A stretch of DNA of 64,000 bases from Toensbergia leucococca (lineage: Eukaryota). Both the position numbers and the translations under genes were made by a program. Below the pieces are notes generated by a model that searched no databases, had not been told where the DNA came from, and was given only the letters and a program-made list of their open reading frames with translations. Position 1 is the stretch's first letter, and every line of letters begins with the position of its first letter. The DNA lies in assembly GCA_022813965.1 (NCBI GenBank), contig JALDZS010000014.1:62001-126000 (forward strand). Direction: 5' to 3'. Positions 47,401 through 59,626 of the stretch are shown piece by piece.

Positions 47401-50400
47401 TCAAGATGGCGTAGTAAAAATCTTAGCTACGAGGGAAGACAATGTGGAAAATGGAACCTACATGGGCTCAAGAAAGCTGCTGGCAACCGTGTATGCTGGA
47501 AAAGATGAAGCCGTTCTGCGTCTTTTAAAACAGCACAAAAGCATTCCGATCACTGACGAGATATTTGAGACAGCTGCTGCGGGCTGTGGAAAAGGAGTAC
47601 TACTAGCATTGGAAGAGTTTGCTGGGAAGCGCTTCGATAATGAGACAATGATCGAGATGGCTGCACAAAATTCGCGAGATGGGATAGAAATGATGAGGAC
47701 ACTGCTTCATCGGCAATCCGAGGATTTACGCATTACGGAGACAGCGTACAACAATGTCGCTGCAAACGAGGAATTCGGCGTGGAGCTGATGCGGCTGTTT
47801 TTGAGAAGAAACGCAAATAGGACCATATCCGAGGAAACGCTCAAAGCAGCAGCGTCGAACCGACGTAGGGGTGTGAAGCTGATGGCTCTTTTGACAAAAA
47901 GCAATCCAAACCTCAAGATAACTCAAGATGTGTTCACAGCCGCAATGGGAAACCCCATGGTACTGCAGCTACTACTGGATCAAGGCTTCGGTGTACCCAT
48001 CACCGAAGAGTTTGCCGAAATCGCCGCAGGTGACGAGCGGACTGGCTACGAGGTTGTAAAGTTGCTACTCGAGCAGGACATACCAATACCAGCAACGGAC
48101 GATGTTCTCATAAAAGCAATACAAAATCGCAAACACGACTTAGCTTTGACTCGATTATTGCTTGGCCCAGGTACAGTCAAGCGAATTGGGCCAACTGTCC
48201 TCGAAACGGCAGCAGAAAGCTCCAGATCTAACGTGAAGATGGTAACCTTACTGTTCGAGCATGATCAACACTTACTCGCCACCAAAGAGGCTATGCATCT
48301 TGCTGCCCAAAATCCACGAAACAGTCCAGAACTAATTCGAAAACTTCTTAGCCGGAGCGAGGGCGTCATAGTCACTGAGGAAATGATCGAATCTGTTGCA
48401 AAGAGTCCGAACAGCGACCCGACGATATTAGAAATAATGTTGGAGCACAATGATGGCTTGTTAGTCTCCTCTGATATGCTCTTCGCAGCTAGTCAAAATC
48501 CGCATATCGAAGGTTTCAAAATACTACTAAAACGAGTCAACGCTGCTACCATCGGCGAAGACTTGTTAGAGGAGGCTGCGTCGAACCGAACTAGTGGCCT
48601 GGAGATGATGGATTTGTTACTGCATCTTGATAAATGTTCTCGGGTTACTGAAAGGATCATCGAAGTTGCAGCGGGAAACGATGGTCAAGGGGAGAAGGTG
48701 CTGGCGCTTTTGTTGGATAGAGACGAGGACGTGGGAATCACGGCGGAAGCGATTCGTGCCGCAGCAGGCAACATGAACCAAGGTGTTGAGGTGATGAAGC
48801 TTTTGTTGGACCGATATGATGGGATTGCACTGTCACCAGAAGTCATAGAGGCTGCCGCTGAGAATTGGTCCTGCGGAATAGAGGTATTAAGTCTTTTAAG
48901 GAACCACGACGGATATATAATCGTTACAGAAGAATCATATGAAGCAGTCGTGGGTTGTGGCAATAAGCAGATGCTGCAGGAGTTGTTGAGCAACAGAGAT
49001 CCCATGAAAGTCACTGACACAACTCTGGAGTCAGCAGTCTCATGTCGTACATGCCCGGCAGACATGCTGAAGATCCTGCTAGGGAGCGATGAGAACATTC
49101 ACATCACAGAAGATATCCTCATCACGGTAGCTAGCGGTAGGGATAGTCGAGGAATGGTCGACATGATGTCTATACTCTTCAAACGCGATGACATCAAGAT
49201 TACCCACGAGGTGATGAAAACTGTAGCTGGCAACGCATCCGCCGGAGTCGACACTCTAGAGCTGTTGCTGAGGCAAGGTGAAGATAAGATCATTACTGAA
49301 GAAGTCTTGTTGGCAGCAGCCAGATCTGGGAACACTAGGAATTTGAAATTTTTGCTGAAGCAGGACAAAGAGCTTGCCAAAGGTGTGCAATTATTCAAGG
49401 CCGCAGTCGGGAACGAGCGTCTCGACTCCACGACAATGGAATTGCTGCTGGGAAACAACGCTTCATTCGTCACATCGGAAGCAATTTTGACAGCTGCGAA
49501 AAATCTGCGGGGCGGGCAATTCAAATTATTGCTGGAAAAATGGCCCGATCTGCCTATCACTGAATGTATTCTCAAAGCTGCAGCAGAGAATCTTTATGAT
49601 GGCGATGCCGTGCTAAAGGTCTTGATGAAAGTCCGACCGGATCTGCCGGTTACCAACGAGGTAGTTGAGGTTGCAGCAGCTAATTGGCCATCAGGTATTC
49701 GCATATTGAAGCTACTTGTCAAGCGAACCGATGACCATCTACCGATCAATGCAAAAGCCATAAAGACGGCTGCTAGGCACAATAGAGTTGCAGTTTTCAA
49801 ACTACTGCTAAGGCGGGAGCCGAAGCTGGTGAGCGATGATGAATTATTCAGGGCAGTAGCAGCGAATAAGATGCATGGTACTGAGATGTTTCATCTTCTC
49901 ATCAGGCTGAACTACAAGGCGCCATCTAGTCACGACCTGATCAAATCAGCAACTTGCGGAGATTTGCACTTCGCAAAGCTTCTATTAAGGAGGGACCCGG
50001 GTTTAGTGATCAAGGAGGAAATCTTCGAGATCTTCGCAGCAAGCGGTTGTTCTGAGCAAATCCTGAGACTACTCTCGAGCCGAGCAGAGGCGCAAGTAGA
50101 ATGGCGTCAATGGTCCATGGTCAGTGAGCTGTTTTGGGCAGTAAGAAACGGCCGAACTGCAAAGGCTTGTAAACTCATACGAGAGAGCGTCAGGAATGAC
50201 CTCGCGGACGACTCTGGTCGAACTCCACTTTCATGGGCTGCCGGCCGCGGGAGAAGGACCATTGTAGAGAAGCTGCTAGAACATGGTGCTGGTGCCAACT
50301 CTGAAGACGAGCTTGGAGAGACACGGAGAGTCAAAGCGATGGAGAATGGGCATGTAGCAGTCGCTCAACTGCTTGAAAAACATATGAAGGGTCATGGATA

Positions 50401-50401
50401 A
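44477..50401 (+). CDS. Fungal NLR-like STAND protein: N-terminal helical domain, NACHT, long ankyrin-like array; exons 44477-44806, 44860-45076, 45134-45250, 45303-45449, 45503-45676, 45800-45824, 45881-~46476, 46525-50401
   Basis: [21 protein letters not shown]-terminal motif; Walker A WLRGDPGSGKS across an intron; Walker [33 protein letters not shown]; many ITEE.L.AAA.N repeats; terminal ankyrin GRTPLSWAA. Confidence 0.9.
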
Positions 50402-52229
50402 GGCATCGCGTCGTTCTTAGTTGAGTGAAAGGTGTTTCTCTCTTTTATCGCTTTTATTACTTTTATCTCTTTTTCCTCTCTCACATCTATCTGTTGAAAA
50501 TGGGGCTAACGAGGTTTCAACACCTATATTCATCTTCAATGATACATGACTCAAGATCCATAATGTTCTTGGTACTCAGCCCTTGCATGTGTCAGGGTCA
50601 ATGCCAATTGTTCCTTTACTTTTCAAAGTGATAATGAGAAACTTGATTGTCTTAACGTCTTTATGATGATCATGTAAGCTCAGACAGGCCATCTGTCTTA
50701 TGGGGAAGAAGAAGAAGAGATTCAAGGGGCTCGAGGATTCACAGCCATGATGAGGCTACATTCATAACAGCGCCAGCGGAACGGCTTACGATGGCTAGAT
50801 TACGACCGCAGACATTTGAGAGTTGGGATAGAAGAAGAGTAACCCAAGAGAGCTATTCGATTCCATTATTAATGGCCTTCGTGCACGTCGATCGATTGCT
50901 TCTAGTCGTCAAGGTGCGATCTCTGAACTTGATAAAATGATGAGACCGCTGAACCGATTGTTACTTATGATAAAAGTGCCTCACAGTGATTAATAACTGC
51001 AGTGGGTGACAAGAGCCAAAGAAATATAAATCACCTGCTCTGAGGGAGAAATAAATGATGCCAGATTCCGAGAAGCGCATGGCATAGAAGTGTACTGAAG
51101 TGACACCTTTATTTGGGAGCCTACTCTGCAATGTGTCTTAGACCAAGTATTGAATGGAAGTTTCAAAGTGCTGAGATTTTCGAGACTACGTATGGGGCGT
51201 GGAGGGGGAGGAGCATTGTTCTGAAATCGGGTCACTGTCGTCCCCTTACTCCTCAATCGTCAACTTGGGTTTTCCGGCCCCCAGCCTTCTCAATCAATTC
51301 ATCTCCATCGCCGACACTCTCAGTCTCCACTTCTGCCCATACCACGCCTTCTCGTCAGCCTCGGTTATCGCCCACAGTATATCGTAATCCGAAGCCTGTG
51401 TCATCCCCGCATCGCGATTCAAATGCCTTGCACGAGGATCCTTCCTGTTATATCTTTCCCAATTACATATGGTCTGCACACCCAGAGCTTAGTATGCAAC
51501 CAGCTAACCGAGCCGTGAAAGATACAAGGTGATGCGGTGCCGGATGTCAGGGTACTGGTCACCCTGTCCAAGGAGGTAGGCTAGGGCAGAGGCATCGACG
51601 CCTTTCACGCCAAGAGAAAGTCCCTTTCAACACTCACTCTCCTCAACCCCACCATCTATTCTACATCTTTCAAACCAACAATGCAAATATGTATCCTCTC
51701 AAACTCTAGTCTTCCATCAACTCAGTCCTTCGCTATCCGTAACTTTTTTATTTTTTCCAACATGATTCAACCTGGAATTCTCCAACTCACATATCATCGC
51801 CTTGCATCGACAACATGTATAAGTTCTTTTGTACTCGTAGATTCCAGACTTTGGCTAGAATCTACGAGTAATCTACAGAAAAAAACAAAGGAACAAAGAA
51901 AAGCACATTTAAGCAAGCCATTTTCTTTATCTGAAAACCCGTCAGCTCGCTCCCTTTGAGACCTCGCCCATTGTCTCTTCAAGGCCTATTGTCTGGCTCC
52001 CAAAATATGTATATATAGTACATTGGTAATGACTTGCTCTTCCCATAAGGACTTCGGCATACCTATCCCATCAGACCTCTGCAGCTCCCCCATCCACTCC
52101 ATCTGTTCATCCGAGCCGAAAACCCTGACTTGAGAATCCGCCACCAGATCTCTCGGATCCAAAAAAACAAACAATCTCCTCTCTTAGTCCTAGAAAAGTT
52201 CCCGAAGATGAGCCGGATACACAGGGGAA

Positions 52230-52572
52230 CTATCCGCCGTGCATGGTGCCGGCGCGGGCTTGTTGCTAGCGTTGTTGTAAGCGTTGTCCGTGTGTGTATC
52301 AAATGTGTGGGAGGGACAGGGGATATTGAAGTGTTGGCTGTGGAGGAGATGGTAGGTAAAGCAATGAGTGAAAGTTGGTATTGCTAAGACTGGTTTTTCC
52401 TACGGGTGGACAGGTCGTTATTTCTTTAGTTGGGGGTTTTGGGGTGTTTTCAGCGAACGGTGTTGTTGTTTGCTGTGCTTAATTAACCATTTTACTCCCT
52501 GATCTGAGTGATGAAAAATAATATACCAATATCATCAATCTAGAAGACATAAAGTGAAAGAATAGCTACCAT
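52230..52572 (-). CDS. Candidate micro-exon gene for ~21-aa peptide MIDDIANNNTQQARAGTMHGG; exons 52572-52570(?), 52539-52527, 52472-52459, 52265-52230
   Basis: GT-AG pairs join 13-, 14- and 36-nt exons in one frame ending GGA TAG; first intron would be only 30 nt, so the start is doubtful. Confidence 0.4.
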
Positions 52573-52758
52573 TTTACCGCACTCATTTAATAGCGGAGTG
52601 GATCTGCATTGCCTAAGTATTTACTTACTTTCCCGCTCCGCTCCGCTTATTCTATGAGCTCCCCGCAGCCAATCACAAAGCTCCCTTTGTAGATTCTCAT
52701 ACAACCTCACTTACTCTGACACAAATTTCCTGCCACTTCAAAGTAACCTCCTACAACT

Positions 52759-53680
52759 ATGGACCAAACCCAGCAAAAAGCCCTCAACGCCCTCGAACCC
52801 TACATCCTCCTCTCCAAATCCGCAACATCACCCCTCGCAGCCATAGACCTCATCACCCAAGCCACTTCCGCTCCAAACACCTTTTTCTTCGCCGAGCTCC
52901 TCCAAACCCCCAACATCCAATCCCTCCGCACCGCCTCCGCCGAACAGGCCCAATACCTCACACTACTAGAAATATTCGCATGGGGGACATGGGCCGACTA
53001 CACATGTACGAGCACGAGCCCCAATATCTACAGTTGCTCAGAACAAATACCAGAAAGCTAACTTCCACAACCAAGCCAACTCCTCCCTCCCCCCGCTCAC
53101 CGAACCCCAATCCCACAAACTCCGCCAACTCTCCCTCCTCACCCTCTCCACGTCCCACAAAACCCTAACATACCCTCACCTCCTAACCGCCCTCTCCCTA
53201 ACGAGCACCCGCACCCTCGAAGACATCGTCATCAGCAGCATCTACGCTGGCCTCCTAACCGCCAAGCTCGACCCCCTCTCCCAACGCGTCGACGTCTCCT
53301 CCGTCGCCCCCCTCCGCGATCTGCGCCCCAATAGCATCCCGCCAATGATCGCCGTGCTGGACGACTGGGACAGCAGATGCGTGAGCGTGCTCGGGGAGGT
53401 GGAGGAGCAGGTGAGGGAGGTGAGGCGGAAGGCGGCGGAGAGGAGGAAGGGGGAACGGGAGCATGAGAGGGCTGTGATGGCTGCGATGGGAGAGGATGGG
53501 TCAAGGGACAAGGGGAAGGCGTTGGGGAAGAGGGTGGCCGGTGACGGGGAGATGAGGGATGGGTATGATGCGGAGAGGGGGGAGGATATGGATGTTGACG
53601 AGAGTTTGGGAAGGGGTGGGGCGAGGAATGCGAAGAGGGGTGGAGGGAGGTTTGCGCTTGGCAAGAGGTTCAATAGATGA
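52759..53680 (+). CDS. CSN7: COP9 signalosome subunit 7; exons 52759-53005, 53076-53680
   Basis: ALEPYILLSKSATSP.AA.DLITQATSAPNTFFFAELL, LLEIFAWGT, KLRQLSLLTL, LEDIVISSIYAGLL.AKLDP, RDLRP (PCI domain). Confidence 0.92.
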
Positions 53681-54267
53681 ATCGGACCCTTTTGAATCCT
53701 TTCCCATAACTGAAGTGCTTTCTTTTCATGCAAGCAGATATCATCTGTTGACCCCTAGGCATTGAGACTTTGACGTGTCGGATTACTCGACATTTAGAAG
53801 GGGTGGCCGCTGGTATCTCATACCAAGGTACCCAGACTTCGTACAAATGTTCAGTACGCTGGCTCTGAAGCCCGGAGAGCCCGAATAAGACGCTTACAGC
53901 AATCGTCATAAAATCCTTTCTCCTTACGTTCATACCTCCGCATCCACATTCTGGTGCCAAAGGTGCGTGATTCACAGCATGCCCTCAAGATTATGTCACT
54001 CTCGTTGTACAAGTCCAGATAGCCTATCAACATTTCGGAAGAATTGCGTATGATACAGATAGCATACCAGCGAAAACAAAATTCGATCGAAATGCAGCAA
54101 ACTATCAAAAGCCATAGATTTCGCTCCAACCCCTGCAAATTCCAGTACGGTGGTTTGCTATGCGCCCCAAAATGCCCCCTCTTATGCATGGGTATATTTC
54201 CTACCCAAAGCCCCCCGTTGCCACAAACCCAGAAAAACGCCCAGAATGGAAAGAAAAGAGAAAGTCA

Positions 54268-55719
<1,452 letters not shown>

Positions 55720-56068
55720 GATGAATGACCTTTCTTCAATCCCAGTCCGGACACGGATATTACCTAACCAGGATGGATCAGTATTCTAGGGCTGAGAATT
55801 GTAATACAGTAGATTGCCACTTTCATTTATTCTAGCGAGCTTGTTCCATAAGATGCAATCGAGGAGTCTGAATGAGGTGGACAGAGTCAAAAAGCGCTAA
55901 CCCGAAGAAGCTTGGCGACCTTGGTCGTAGGACAAAGTGAGGCCAACCTGTTCACGGAGAAACTCACTCCACTCACTCCACGAATAGCCTCACACTTCCT
56001 GTCTTTATTACACTGTGCTGTCTCTTCCCATCGTGACGTTTTCGGCGCCTTGCTCAGCACGGATACCA

Positions 56069-56460
56069 ATGTCTTTGCATGACGTTTGGGAGGGAGCAGC
56101 TGGCAACCCATTCCACCCAAGTGTTGCAAAGGAGAGACAATTCCTCGTCGGCTTCAGCCTGTTGCTTCTAGGTATACTTGAGGAATCATTTTTCGCTCAT
56201 GAGAATCATGCTAATTTTGAGAAGCATTCCTTCTCACTGGTCTCTTCGGCTTGAGTGAGTCGACTTTTCAAGGGCTATGTCCTGAAGCTTCCGCTAATCA
56301 ACATCTAGACCAATCCTTGAAAAATCTTCCATTACTAGGTGTACCTGCATCATTGGCATTCGGGTTGGTTCGCCACTTTCAACATCGCAAGGACCGGAAT
56401 CTGACTTGCTATAGCTTCGGGGCGGTGTACATGATCTGTGCAGTAGGAGTTTATGTTTGA
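56069..56460 (+). CDS. OST5: Oligosaccharyltransferase subunit Ost5; exons 56069-56171, 56225-56254, 56309-56363, 56415-56460
   Basis: MSLHDVWEGAAGNPFHPSV...LGVPASLAFGFGAVYMICAVGVYV C-terminus typical of OST5/TMEM258. Confidence 0.9.
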
Positions 56461-56682
56461 CGAAGATACTTCACAGTGTCTCAGAAGAACTCGAAGATTT
56501 CGAAGATGCATGAAACCTCCTGTTAAATCCACGTTATAGACCTTCATATGCATGGTAGGAGTAGGACAGTAGAACTGGACATTGCCGCAACTTTTCCAAA
56601 ATTACCCTAGATCCACGGCATCCTACTTTCCTACTCAGTATTGAGAAGACTTTAGTGATAAGCCTATCAACCTTCCCTCATC

Positions 56683-57713
56683 ATGACTTCGGTCACTCTC
56701 AATGAAAATCAAATGTTTAGTGCCGTCTCAAGCTCAGCACGTCAGCTCTTTCAGCTTCTCCGTTGTGTGGGTTTTGCATCTAGAGCTCAAGTGCGGATTA
56801 CCAAAGAAGGCCTCCGATTCATAGTGGAAGATTCGAGCGTAATGCAAGGTCAGTGCCACCTCGAGTATATAAAACCTTGTCAACTCAAGGTGCTATAGGT
56901 ATGGCATTTTTGGACAAAGCTCTATTTACAAGTTATACGTACTCGCCCAGCGCTGAGGGAGGTGCCGATGAAGAGGATGTCAACGATCCCGCATTCCAAA
57001 TTTCGCTCTCTTCCCTCCTCGAAACCCTCCAAATATTTGGCATCAACGACTCAAAAGACCGCTGGGCTAGTCGTGATCCTGCGTATGGAAGTGTGACCGC
57101 CTCATTAGCGAGAGGTGGACCAGCAGCCTTCGATAACAACGTCCTGGGTTTGGCAGGTGTGTGTCGATTAAATTATGCTGGCATCGGCGAGCCACTATGT
57201 ATCGTTCTTGAGGAAACTGGTGTTACCACGACCTGTGAATTAGTCACTTACGAGCCCGAAATGCATGAGGAAATTCCATTGCAACGAGATGCCTTGGCAC
57301 AGAAAATCATCATGCGCGCGAGCTGGCTATACGACGCTATTACCGAGCTCTCTTCTACATCCCCTACGCGTCTCACTATCGCGGCTTCTCCTACAGCTCC
57401 TTATTTCACACTTTCCTCCACTGGTCCTTTGGGATCGGCAACTGTGGAGTTCAGCAAAGACCCTCAATTACTGGAGACATTCCAAGTCCCAAGGAGAACA
57501 GTCAACACATACAAGTACTCATTGATTAGAGGTGCAAGCAGGGCCATGTCAATTGCAACCAAAGTCAGCATAAGAGGAGATGAACAGGGAGTGTTAAGCC
57601 TACAGTTCATGATTGAGGTTGATGGTGGTGGTGTGAGCTTTGTTGATTTCCGCTTTGTGCCTTTCGTGTCGGAAGAAGGCGAAGGAGACGAAGAAGACGA
57701 GAATGTGGAGTGA
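56683..57713 (+). CDS. RAD1: 9-1-1 checkpoint clamp subunit Rad1/Rec1 (S. cerevisiae Rad17); exons 56683-56848, 56899-57713
   Basis: FSAVSSSARQLFQLLRC, AFLDKALFTSY, TTCELVTYEP, KIIMRASWL, KVSIRGDEQGVLSLQFMI. Confidence 0.92.
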
Positions 57714-58334
57714 AATGTCTAAGACTTAGAGGCGGACTGGAAAGAAATGAATACTAGGGTACTATCGGTCATTTTCGATTTGAACCAACGCTCCTATTTT
57801 GCTTAGCTTACATCCTCAATTTTGGTTTTCTCGTACTTTTAATGTGGTAAAAGGCCCCGGAGCAGATGTATGTCTCCATTGTCTCATGGCGGGTCATGAT
57901 CCATGGATAGAGGCATTCGTACTAGTAAAGTTGTAAAGTTGTAAAGTTGCTCCGTACAGATAAGGTGATTATGAAAAGTAAAGCCCAGCTAGCGCCAATG
58001 CTTCGCGTTAGCGTCGCATTGTGGATTAGGCCATGCGGAGTCAAAATTGACATCACCTCCTCCACATCGACTGTTATCCAGCCCCGTGGTAATTGCTTGA
58101 GGTGGGCAGCTGTGTTCAGGCAGCAAGGTCCTGGGGCTTGCTTCAAGACTGATCGGCCCACATCAGCGAAATCAAGAGCAAGTGTTGCGTCCTGTCAAAT
58201 GCGTCTGCGATCGCGACAAAATCACAAAATTAAGGTACGGTACAGCAACATTCCACGTGAGTGTTACACTTGTACTAATTGAGCAAGAAACCTTCTTAAT
58301 TCGTCTCGGCGTTCGACAACGCCATTTTCGAATC

Positions 58335-59626
58335 ATGTCAAACATGGAAACTCCCTCTCCGCATCCCGATCTCAACCGGAATCGCTTGCCAACTCTCTTC
58401 GAAGTTCTGAGCCGGAGGACCATGGCACCCGTGGACCTTTTCTCGTTTTACATATTCATGCGGGATCAGCAGCGATCTGTCGATTATCTTGATTTCTGGT
58501 GCGTTCTCCATACATTTCGCATCTAATTGGGCAAACAATGCAAATTGTTGGTCAGAATTGAGAAATAGGAGCTAATCTGTTTAATATAGGCTCGACGTCT
58601 CACAGCACATGTCGTTATGCCGTCACTACGTCCGCGAACTCCGTCGCTCAGTCCTAGTAGAAACCCCTGAATTAGAAAAGGCGGGATCGAAGCGCTCTTC
58701 ATATGTGCTTGACCATCTTGGTGAAATGAATGACCCATCTGGACCTTCATCGAATTTGAATACCGACGAAAGAATGAAAGACCAGCATCTATCTGCATTT
58801 TTGCGTCAAGAAAACGGCAATGTCAATCATTCTCCGCACAGCAGCTTGGGCTCGCAACAGTCTGGTATTCGACGCTCTGGAGATCGAGCTTTAAATGGAG
58901 AGCGTCCGCCTAGAGCTAGCTTCATGACTAACAGCTCACCTGCCCATATCACTGATTCAAACTCACCAGCCCATACCGTCGCACGGGCCGATATTAGAGC
59001 TAGTGCAGAGAAGATCTTGTACACATTTTTGTTGCCAGGGTCGGAGCGCGAGATCATTCTACCTCAAGGAATTCTCAATGATATCACTACTTCGATTGAG
59101 GAAGACGGGCGTGATGATCCAGAAGTTTTCGACGCCGCAAAGGATTACACCTTCCAAGCAATGGAGCGTGACGCCTTCCCTGGATTTCTACGCGCCAAAG
59201 CTCTTGGTAATTTGGTCCCTCCAAGCTCATTCCTCCGCTTGTGTTTGGGCTTGCTAGGTCTCTTCGGAGGTCTTTGGGCAGGGTTCGCATGTATATTCCT
59301 CGATAAGCCGAAGCATATTCGTTGCTGGGTAAGTCTCAAACTACAGTCTTGGTATCATGTTTGTCCATTAATTCCCGACTTCGTAATAGCTCATCTTACC
59401 ATTTACGATCGGCGTTTACTCTCTCTCATCACAACAGTACTCTATCGACCCAGTACTTGCTCTCGCAGGGCTAAGTGAATATACGTTCATGAATTGGTCA
59501 CGAATCCGCGAGCCCTACATTCGGAAACTTCTCAACAAGCGTGCCATGATGGTTTTATTCTTCACTGTATTGATTGGAGTAGCACTGATCGTACTTTTCA
59601 TCTTCGTCCCGGGTAAAAGACTATAG
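58335..59626 (+). CDS. RAX1: RGS-domain bud-site selection protein Rax1; exons 58335-58498, 58590-59328, 59390-59626
   Basis: RLPTLFEVLSRRTMAPVDLFSFYIFMRDQQRSVDYLDFWLDVSQH, IEEDGRDDPEVFD, three TM helices, ends FVPGKRL. Confidence 0.93.

Noticed and set aside
40000..51500. Starship or secondary-metabolite cluster interpretation of the accessory island
   Set aside because: No tyrosine-recombinase captain, element boundaries or PKS/NRPS backbone seen
51610..51630. GAAAGTCCC resembling the RNase MRP/P conserved region
   Set aside because: No partner P4 strand identified
51681..51720. ATGCAAAT start resembling ubiquitin MQIF
   Set aside because: No downstream exon encoding VKTLTGK found
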